Of a stretch of DNA of 64,000 bases, positions 10,276 to 17,889 are shown in pieces. Position 1 is the first letter of the stretch; each line of letters begins with the position of its first letter. The notes under the pieces were generated by a model. The model was not told the DNA's origin. It saw nothing but the letters and a program-made list of their open reading frames with translations, and ran no database searches. Source of the stretch: Patescibacteria group bacterium (GTDB lineage Bacteria > Patescibacteriota > Patescibacteriia > JBAZBY01); assembly GCA_041671225.1 (NCBI GenBank), contig JBAZBY010000001.1, positions 763,454 through 827,453 on the forward strand, given 5' to 3'. The position numbers and the translations under genes were made by a program.

Positions 10276-10464
10276 GAAGCGACGGTAGTAAAACAAAGAT
10301 CTTCGTACTCTCAGATTTTCGCGCCCAAGAAAAGGGGCGGGGCGGAAGGGGGGTTTGGGGGGAATTCCGCCCCGCCCCTCCAAGAGAAGATTTTTTCATT
10401 TTTCCCCGTTTTTTCCTTCCTGCGTCTCAAAATAGGTTCGCGCGGCGCACAGTAAAGAGAGCCA
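10276..10464. repeat. Inverted repeat arm X, internal copy (189 bp)
   Basis: Exact reverse complement of 4989-5177; ends in GAGCCA core. Confidence 0.97.
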
Positions 10465-10658
10465 GCTCATACTTCTGGAATTTTCCGCCAAAATTTTCCA
10501 CGGCTTTTCCCAAGTCCACAGGGGCTTTCTGCCAAGGAGGAGGCGGTTCGTGGCACGGAACGTGCCACCAAGGAATTTCTAAAAAACACATATTAGAAAT
10601 TTCTTGGTTCCAATGTTTTCCACGTTTCCGCCAAAGGCGGAAAGACGAAGCAAGATTT
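10459..10658. repeat. Inverted repeat arm Z': interrupted complement of the recombinase 3' end
   Basis: 10459-10551 vs 12040-12132 (2 mismatches), 10608-10624 vs 12024-12040, 10643-10658 vs 11982-11997; gaps filled by hairpins. Confidence 0.95.
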
Positions 10659-10677
10659 ATTCTTCTGGCGAATCCCT

Positions 10678-12159
10678 ATGACATATTTCCTCTACGCAAG
10701 AAAATCCAGCGAGGACGAAGAACGCCAAGTGATGTCCATAGAGGCACAGCTTGTTGAATTGGAACAATTTGCAAAACGTGAGAACCTCACGATTGCCAAG
10801 CAGTTTGTGGAGAGTAAAAGTGCAAAAGCACCCGGCCGCGAAGTGTTCAACCACATGCTTTCCGCAATCTACAAAAGCAAGGAACCCGTTGGCATTCTTG
10901 CGTGGCATCCGGATCGTCTCGCGCGCAATTCCGTTGACGGCGGCCAAATCATTTATCTCGTTGATACTGGGAAGGTCATTGCGCTCAAGTTCCCGACATT
11001 TTGGTTTGAACCAACGCCGCAAGGATTGTTCATGTTGCAGGTGGCATTCGGGCAATCGAAATACTATTCAGACAACTTGTCCGAGAACGTAAAACGCGGG
11101 ATTCGCCAGAAGCTCCGCAAAGGAGAATGGCCCGGCCCTGCGCCGTTCGGATATGTGAATAATCGAAACACGCATAGTATTGATCCGGATCCGGTGAAAG
11201 CAAAAATCGTCCGGCGTATCTTTGAGGAGTATGCAACCGGAGAATACAACCTCCGCACGATTGGAGAACACTTTGCACTCTGGGGCGTGGTGAGCGCGTC
11301 CGGCAAACCTTTGGCAAAATCCACCCTGAAGCATCTGCTTACGCACCAAGCATATATTGGAACGATTATTTGGAGTGGTGAGCCGTATGAAGGTTCATTC
11401 CCGCCGTTGGTGCCAAAGGACGTGTTTGAGACCGTCCAGCACGTCATAAAAAGCCAAGAGAAGCGCAGGTACGTCCGCCGGAAGCATGATTTCTCATTCC
11501 TTGGCCTATTCCGCTGTGGAGAATGCGGCGGGGCGATTACGGCTCAACTTGCCAAGGGAAACGGCGGCACATACCGCTATTATCGTTGCACCAAAAAGTT
11601 TGGCCTGTGTAAACAGGGTTACATTCAGGAAAGTGATTTTGCAGTGCTTTTGAGAAAGGAAGTTAATCGTGTTGCGATTAACGAGCAGTGCGCCTCGCGC
11701 ATGCTTGAACAAGTGAAACTGTGGGAACGTGAAGAAAACGTTGATGGCGAAAAACATACGCGCGAAAGAAAAACGAAGTTGGAAGTGATTGACCAAAAAC
11801 TTGATACCCTCGTTAACGCCTTTCTTGAAGGTACGTTAGAAAAGGAAACCTACCTCAAAAAGAAAGCCGAACTAATTGACGCCAAAGCTGGCCTTCGGGA
11901 AGAAAAGGTATCTTTACAAGCGCGAGGCGCACAATGGATCGAACCACTACGAAACTGGATAAACCGCGCTCACCACGCCCAAAATCTTGCTTCGTCTGAT
12001 GATTTGAGCAAACTCAAATCATTCGTGGAAAACATTGGAACGAACCGCCTCCTCCTCGACAGAAAGCCCCTGTGGACTTGGGAAAAGCCGTGGAAAATTT
12101 TGGCGGAAAATTCCAGAAGTATGAGCTGGCTCGGGGACAGGGATTCGAACCCCGATTGA
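10678..12159 (+). CDS. Large serine recombinase (resolvase + recombinase + Zn-ribbon domains)
   Basis: YARKS catalytic motif, DRLARN, GPAPFGY, CGECG..YYRC..C zinc ribbon, coiled coil; stop codon lies in tRNA antisense. Confidence 0.93.
   Translation: MTYFLYARKSSEDEERQVMSIEAQLVELEQFAKRENLTIAKQFVESKSAKAPGREVFNHMLSAIYKSKEPVGILAWHPDRLARNSVDGGQIIYLVDTGKVIALKFPTFWFEPTPQGLFMLQVAFGQSKYYSDNLSENVKRGIRQKLRKGEWPGPAPFGYVNNRNTHSIDPDPVKAKIVRRIFEEYATGEYNLRTIGEHFALWGVVSASGKPLAKSTLKHLLTHQAYIGTIIWSGEPYEGSFPPLVPKDVFETVQHVIKSQEKRRYVRRKHDFSFLGLFRCGECGGAITAQLAKGNGGTYRYYRCTKKFGLCKQGYIQESDFAVLLRKEVNRVAINEQCASRMLEQVKLWEREENVDGEKHTRERKTKLEVIDQKLDTLVNAFLEGTLEKETYLKKKAELIDAKAGLREEKVSLQARGAQWIEPLRNWINRAHHAQNLASSDDLSKLKSFVENIGTNRLLLDRKPLWTWEKPWKILAENSRSMSWLGDRDSNPD
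11982..12132. repeat. Inverted repeat arm Z, within recombinase 3' end
   Basis: Partner of 10459-10658; contains its own hairpin gatgatttgag-caaa-ctcaaatcatt 11998-12023. Confidence 0.95.
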
Positions 12160-12200
12160 CGGCGCCAAAGGCCGCTGTCCTACCATTAGACGATCCCCGA
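12127..12200 (-). tRNA. tRNA-Gln(UUG)
   Basis: Acceptor stem TCGGGGA/TCCCCGA, D-arm TAATGGTA, anticodon loop CT-TTG-GC, GGTTCGAATCC, encoded CCA. Confidence 0.96.
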
Positions 12201-12337
12201 ATGGATCTCGCCAGCGAGCATACCAAACGCGTGCAGCAGTGTAAAGTGCATTTGACGGGGCATTCTATCCAAACTAGGATGCAAACATTCGGCATTTTCG
12301 CCGACGCTCTGTCACATTCCTGAAAGGGGCCATTACC

Positions 12338-13873
12338 GTGGCAACTTCCACTGCTCCCAACCGAGTCGTGATCCTGAAACCGAGCAAGTATCGGGTTGGA
12401 GGCGCGGTGGAAAGGTTCCGCCGCGGTTTCATGCCCAACTCTACCCTCAATCATTTGCAGGCGTTGACGCCGGCATCTGTCGGGGGGCGACTGCTCGAGG
12501 TCGTGACCATCGATGAGTACATCGAAACCGATCTCAAGTACCTGGATGAGCTCAACCCTGAGACCTGTCTGGTGTTTGTTCTTGCTGGCGTGCAGTCACA
12601 CCAGTACAACCGTGCGCTGGATCTGGCCGCGTTGGCGTTGAGTCGCGGCGTGGCCAACGTCATCATCGGCGGACCGCACGCCATGACGTGCCACACAGAG
12701 TCCGAGGAGGGTCGCGGCCTGTCATTCGCACATTGCGAGGCTGAGCTTGTTTGGGAGACCATCCTAGCGGATGCGGTCTCCGGCAAACTACGGCCGACGT
12801 ACGGCGATACGCAACGGTGGCAGCGCCAGCTCATCACCAAGCCGCTGATTCCGCCGACACCGCAAGAGATGCGTCGTTACGTGATTCCGCAGATGGGGAT
12901 CTACCCCTCCCGCGGATGTCCGTATCGGTGCACATTCTGCTCTGTCACGCAGCTCGCTGGGCGCGTGCTCCGCAACGAGCCTTTGGAGGTAACGCTCCAA
13001 ACGCTTCGCGCGGCCAAGGCTGCTGGCGTACGCATGATCATGTTCACCCCGGACAACTTCAACAAGATCCCGGGCATTGAACATCTCTTGCGTGCGATGA
13101 TCGCGGAAGATCTGCGTATCCCGTTCTTCGTGCAGTGCGATACGCAGGTCATGAAGCAGCCGGAGCTCATTGCCCTCATGGCGAGGGCGGGGTGCTACCA
13201 GATGTTCCTCGGGGTTGAATCCTTCAACCGCGCCGTGTTGCTTGCCGCTGGCAAGACGCAGAACCATCCGTCGCAGTATCGACTGATCGTGGATCTCTGC
13301 GAGAAGAACGGCATCCTGTGCCACTTTTCCAACATTGTCGGGTTCCCTGAGCAGCATGAGAAGGACATCCTCGAACATCTGGCGACGATCCTGCAGATCA
13401 ACCCGCACGTGGCCTCGTTCTACATCCTCACCCCGATTCCCGGAAGTGAGCAGTACGCGGACTTTCTGGCGCGCGGGATGATCACCGAGGTGAACATGGA
13501 TCGGTACGACGGAACGTGCGTGACATGGCGTCACCCGCACATCCCACCGGAGCGCATCGTTGACTTGCTCTTCGAATGCTACGCCGCGTTCTACGCGGAA
13601 GAGCGGGCGGCGTTCCTGCCGCCGGAAGCGTTCTGGGCAAAGACCCCGGATATCTCGCGTGATGCGCACAGGGCATACTGCGCGTTCTCACGGAAGGTCA
13701 TCCAGGAGCGTCACCATCCGATGTCCGGCGGATTCGGCCTTGTGGAGGTCGATAATGCGGCAGACTACGCCGCCCTGCGCCGAGAACGCTTCGGGTTTGA
13801 GATGGCACCGCTCCCGCTGCGTCGCGAGATCAACATGGAGGAAATGGATCTCTACGACAGCTCGAGAGCGTGA
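12338..13873 (+). CDS. Radical SAM protein (B12-binding class-like)
   Basis: IIGGPH, SRGCPYRCTFC (CxxxCxxC), DNFN, GVES, TPIPGS. Confidence 0.85.
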   Translation: MATSTAPNRVVILKPSKYRVGGAVERFRRGFMPNSTLNHLQALTPASVGGRLLEVVTIDEYIETDLKYLDELNPETCLVFVLAGVQSHQYNRALDLAALALSRGVANVIIGGPHAMTCHTESEEGRGLSFAHCEAELVWETILADAVSGKLRPTYGDTQRWQRQLITKPLIPPTPQEMRRYVIPQMGIYPSRGCPYRCTFCSVTQLAGRVLRNEPLEVTLQTLRAAKAAGVRMIMFTPDNFNKIPGIEHLLRAMIAEDLRIPFFVQCDTQVMKQPELIALMARAGCYQMFLGVESFNRAVLLAAGKTQNHPSQYRLIVDLCEKNGILCHFSNIVGFPEQHEKDILEHLATILQINPHVASFYILTPIPGSEQYADFLARGMITEVNMDRYDGTCVTWRHPHIPPERIVDLLFECYAAFYAEERAAFLPPEAFWAKTPDISRDAHRAYCAFSRKVIQERHHPMSGGFGLVEVDNAADYAALRRERFGFEMAPLPLRREINMEEMDLYDSSRA

Positions 13874-14059
13874 TACGTTCATTCACCACTTGTGCTCTGG
13901 CGTTGCCTCACCGCAGCGCCAGAGCCCACTCACCCATTTCCTATGCGGGGATCTTTGCTATACTCTATATCTATGACATGGGTTATTTGCTAGGAATGCG
14001 GAATTTCGCTAGCTGAAGATGCGCGGAGCAAATTTTCTTATGCAAGCTATATTTTATCC

Positions 14060-14740
14060 ATGAATAAAAATACCACCGCCATTATCTTTGACTTCAACGG
14101 TGTGTTGCTTTGGGATGCAGAGCAACACAAAGAAGCATGGAATATCATGGCTGTGAAGCTTCGCAATACGCCATTTACTGATGAAGAACTTGCAGAACAT
14201 ATGTATGGTCGCGTGAACCGTGACATTATTGCATACCTTTTACGCCGTGCTCCAACACCAAAAGAGACCGCCGTATTCATTGAAGAGAAAGAAAGTATGT
14301 ATCGCGCCATTCAGCAGAAGCGGGGGAGCGCTTTTGCGCTTTCACCCGGTGCCATCCCTTTTCTGGATGTACTGAAAGAACAAAATATTCCACGCACCAT
14401 TGCCACATCATCAGAAATCGTTAATGTGCGTTTTTTCTTTGCACATCTGGATTTGGCACGCTGGTTTTCGTTTGAAGATGTGGTGTATGATGATGGCGTG
14501 CGCAACGGCAAGCCCGCACCAGATATTTACCTTGCCGCAGCAGAACACATCGGCATTATACCGCAGCAATGCATGGTCATAGAAGATGCATCATCGGGTA
14601 TTGCCGCAGCACATGCCGCGGAGATTGGCCGCATCATTGCCTTGGGACCGGCAGAACGGCATGCCGCCCTTGCCGCACTCCCTGGCGTGGATGATGTCAT
14701 CACAACTCTTGCAGAGATAAACATCAATGAGCTTTTATGA
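14060..14740 (+). CDS. HAD-family phosphatase (beta-phosphoglucomutase-like)
   Basis: IIFDFNGVL, ATSS, GKPAPDIY, VIEDA. Confidence 0.85.
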   Translation: MNKNTTAIIFDFNGVLLWDAEQHKEAWNIMAVKLRNTPFTDEELAEHMYGRVNRDIIAYLLRRAPTPKETAVFIEEKESMYRAIQQKRGSAFALSPGAIPFLDVLKEQNIPRTIATSSEIVNVRFFFAHLDLARWFSFEDVVYDDGVRNGKPAPDIYLAAAEHIGIIPQQCMVIEDASSGIAAAHAAEIGRIIALGPAERHAALAALPGVDDVITTLAEININELL

Positions 14741-15456
14741 CCCCTATCACGCACGAACAACAAAAACGACTTTGGGAAGAAGAACATGCCAAACCTTTTT
14801 TGTTTGACGCAATGAACAGTACAGATCCATCCAGCGGGGTGGTGAAGTTTTGGGATTGGTTGCAGCAACGCGGCCCGCAGAAGGATCTGGAGGGTCTTGA
14901 ATGCGCATGCGGCAAGGGAAGGAATGTCATTTGGCTTGCGCAGCAGGCGGCCGTGCGCAAGATGCATGGGTTTGATTTTTCCACGGTTGCCATTACCGAG
15001 GCGATCAAGCGTGCCGCAGTAGCGGACGAGGAAACCGCAACATCCTTTAAGATCCATGATGCAACAATACCATGGCCATATGCAGACAACACTTTTGATT
15101 TTGCGCTTGATATTTTTGCCTCAACCGATATCGAATCCCCGGAAGGACGGGCATTTATGCGTCAGGAATTTTTGCGTGTCTTGAAGCCAGGTGGGTATCT
15201 TTTGCTTTATACTCTCTCCACTGATGATGGTTTTCATGGAGAAATGATGAAGGAGTCTCCTGGCGACCAAAAAAATTCTTTTTACCATCCCACCACCGGG
15301 AAGTTCGAAAAGATTTTTGACCGCGAGGAGTTGGCGGCGCTCTATGCGGATTTCACCGTTGTTGCGGAAGATCGCGTTGAGAAGATGGCAACGTTCTTCG
15401 GTAAGGCGTATCCCATGAAGCATTTCTGGATGGTCTTGCAGAAGCCGTCAGCGTGA
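14737..15456 (+). CDS. Class I SAM-dependent methyltransferase
   Basis: ECACGKGRN motif I, FDFS, RVLKPGG. Confidence 0.85.
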   Translation: MTPITHEQQKRLWEEEHAKPFLFDAMNSTDPSSGVVKFWDWLQQRGPQKDLEGLECACGKGRNVIWLAQQAAVRKMHGFDFSTVAITEAIKRAAVADEETATSFKIHDATIPWPYADNTFDFALDIFASTDIESPEGRAFMRQEFLRVLKPGGYLLLYTLSTDDGFHGEMMKESPGDQKNSFYHPTTGKFEKIFDREELAALYADFTVVAEDRVEKMATFFGKAYPMKHFWMVLQKPSA

Positions 15457-15659
15457 ACCTTTTGCCCGCGCAACAGACTCATTGTTTTGCATCTGCCAGA
15501 GCCGCAAGAAGAGGTTTTTTGGGTATTGACATACGCGATAAGAAGTGTAGTGTCCTATTGCAGTTTACGCGCAATCCCGTCCAAAGGGGTTGATTTCAAT
15601 GCCCTTTGACAGGTGAAAAACCTGGAGAAGGGGGGATGCTAACCATGAGGAGAAACGGC

Positions 15660-17786
15660 ATGAGACGGAACGTGAAGTTCTCTATGCTCATCGCAGCGGC
15701 GGCCATCTTGCTGGCAGCTGCTACGGCGAGTGCCACGACATATGTTGTGAAACCTGACGGCACGGGGGACTACCCCACCATCCAGGCGGCGATCGCGGCT
15801 GTCGCCAACGGCAGCATCATCGAGCTCACCGACGGCACCTTCATTGGTGCCGGCAATCGTGACATCGACTTCGCGGGAAAGGCGATCACAGTCCGTTCCC
15901 AAAGCGGGAACGCGGAAGCCTGTGTTATTGATTGCCAGGGGTCGATGTCTACGCCTTACATCGGAGTCTACTTCGACTCTGGTGAGGGCGTGAACTCCAA
16001 GCTGGCCGATATCAAGATAATCAACGGTTTCAGCAGTTTCACCTATCAGCCGTTGGCGATCTACGTGTATAGCGCTGGCCCAACGATTGACGGATGTGTC
16101 TTCGTGGACAACGGGATCTATGTCTCTGGGTATGCGAGTCCGCAGTTCGTGCGGAACACATTCCGGGACTTCAACTCGGGCGGGATGATGCAGCCTCCGA
16201 TTTCCGTGACGAACACAAGCTCAAGCGTGGCAACGTTGACCATCGAGGACAATGTGTTCAAGGACTGCACATTCGGTGGCCAGTACTCGTCTGGGACAGC
16301 GATCTCGGTGAGCGGGACGGGGTCGGCCACCAACACTGCCTACATCAGACGCAACGTCTTCGAAAATCTCAACGGAACCGCAGTCGCTCTAGGTGGAACC
16401 GGCGATGTCACGGTCTGGGGTCATCTCGACGACAACGTCATCAAGGCGTGCGGCAACTCGATGATGTCCACTCCGGCCGTAAGCATTTCTACCAACAGTA
16501 CCTCGGACACCCACATGCTTATGTCAGGCAACGTCTTCGTTGACTGCCAGTCAGCCGCCATCAAGACCTGGGGGTACAACCCCAACATCTGGGTAGCGGT
16601 TGATTCCACGACCATTACAGGTTGTGATGCTGGGATCATCAAGGGTACCGCGGTGGCGTCGCTGGCCATCAGCCACACCATCCTGTGGAACACCGATGAC
16701 CTGAACGGCGTGCTGTCGTCCGAAGTCAGCTGTTCCGATATCGGCAACGGCGACTTCCTCGGCGTGAACGGTAACTTCAGTGACGATCCGATGTTCTGCG
16801 ACGCAGCGAACGGAGACTTCCAGATCAACGTTAAGTCGTCGTGCGTCACTGGGTACGGTTGCGGGTTGGTCGGTGCTCTGGGGGTTGGCTGCGATGTCGT
16901 GATCACCGAGGTCAAGGACATCCCGAACGATCAAGGACGGCGTGTGCTTGGTACGTGGCTGGCGGCTTTTGCCGATACTGGCAGCGTGTCCGAGTACACC
17001 ATCTGGGGAAAGTACGAGTACAGTGCCAAGGGTGACCTCACCACGCTCTCGTATCCGCCCGGCACGTGGTACTACGTCATGACTGTCCCGGCTTGCGAGG
17101 AGAGTGTGTACAGTGCAGTATGGCCGACGCTGGCAGATTCGAATGCGGCCGGCATGCAGTACAGCACGTTCTTCGTGAGAGCCAAGATCGGGAACTCGTA
17201 TCTGGATTCGGATCCTGCTTCTGGCTACTCGGTGGACAATCTTCCGCCCAGCGTCCCGGGAGGATTCGCTGGGGAGTTCGATGCCGGCTTGACGGTTCTG
17301 ACGTGGGATGAGGCCCTGGAGGGGGATTTCAACCACTACAAGGTCTACAGCGGGTCGAGCGCCGACTTCATCCCCGGGCCCGGCAACCTGCTGGGTGCGG
17401 TGATTGAACCGACGTTCTCTGATGCCAGTTGGGGGCTGTATTACAAGGTGAGCGTCGTGGACTTCAACGGCAACGAGAGCGCCTTCGCGCTCTTGAGGCC
17501 GGAAGAAGTCACAGGCGTGAAGGAGACCGGCGCGGTACCGGTGATGGCGCTTGCGCCGCTCACCAATCCGCTCCGGGGGCAGATGTCCCTCTCGTTCTCA
17601 CTCGCCTCGGACCTGCCGGGGGAGATCGTCGTCTATGATCTCGCCGGACGTCGCGTGGCCGGGAAGCGGGTCTCGGGTGCCGGTGCGCAGACGATGTCCT
17701 TCGGCGACTTGCCGTCGGGTATCTACTGGGCACGCCTTACCCAAGGCGTGGCCCAGGTGACGGCCAAGGTGGTCGTCATCCAGTAG
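15660..17786 (+). CDS. Secreted right-handed beta-helix protein with FnIII-like and C-terminal FlgD/T9SS-tail-like domain
   Basis: Signal peptide, DYPTIQAAI, parallel beta-helix repeats, DPMFCD, C-terminal VYDLAGRRV..LPSGIYWARL; SD gaggag before ATG 15660. Confidence 0.75.
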   Translation: MRRNVKFSMLIAAAAILLAAATASATTYVVKPDGTGDYPTIQAAIAAVANGSIIELTDGTFIGAGNRDIDFAGKAITVRSQSGNAEACVIDCQGSMSTPYIGVYFDSGEGVNSKLADIKIINGFSSFTYQPLAIYVYSAGPTIDGCVFVDNGIYVSGYASPQFVRNTFRDFNSGGMMQPPISVTNTSSSVATLTIEDNVFKDCTFGGQYSSGTAISVSGTGSATNTAYIRRNVFENLNGTAVALGGTGDVTVWGHLDDNVIKACGNSMMSTPAVSISTNSTSDTHMLMSGNVFVDCQSAAIKTWGYNPNIWVAVDSTTITGCDAGIIKGTAVASLAISHTILWNTDDLNGVLSSEVSCSDIGNGDFLGVNGNFSDDPMFCDAANGDFQINVKSSCVTGYGCGLVGALGVGCDVVITEVKDIPNDQGRRVLGTWLAAFADTGSVSEYTIWGKYEYSAKGDLTTLSYPPGTWYYVMTVPACEESVYSAVWPTLADSNAAGMQYSTFFVRAKIGNSYLDSDPASGYSVDNLPPSVPGGFAGEFDAGLTVLTWDEALEGDFNHYKVYSGSSADFIPGPGNLLGAVIEPTFSDASWGLYYKVSVVDFNGNESAFALLRPEEVTGVKETGAVPVMALAPLTNPLRGQMSLSFSLASDLPGEIVVYDLAGRRVAGKRVSGAGAQTMSFGDLPSGIYWARLTQGVAQVTAKVVVIQ

Positions 17787-17812
17787 TTTCTTTAGGCAGG
17801 TTTTCTGCCATA

Positions 17813-17848
17813 GGTGGGGTCGTGCGCATGCGCGACTCCACCATTTTT
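17813..17848 (+). terminator. Intrinsic terminator
   Basis: ggtggggtcgtgc..gcgcgactccacc hairpin followed by T-tract. Confidence 0.6.
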
Positions 17849-17889
17849 GTATGCTTGAAAAATCAGCGGAAATACGCGATGATACGTAC

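Larger units (their letters stand above)
4989..12132. mobile_element. Large-serine-recombinase integrative element in the 3' end of tRNA-Gln, carrying defence cargo
   Basis: TGGCTC core repeated at 4989-4994 and 12127-12132 (tRNA GAGCCA end), recombinase adjacent to tRNA, AT-rich cargo, displaced terminator, internal inverted copy of the junction. Confidence 0.85.

Noticed and set aside
10276-10658. Inverted repeats as pure assembly artefact
   Set aside because: The Z' arm has substitutions and precise hairpin swaps that an assembler would not create, and it joins X' exactly at the att core. The perfect X arm could still hide cargo-orientation ambiguity.
12788-13669. Long antisense ORFs opposite GC-rich genes (also 16551-17336, 18594-19259, 54388-55146)
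   Set aside because: Shadow ORFs caused by codon bias on the coding strand; no motifs.
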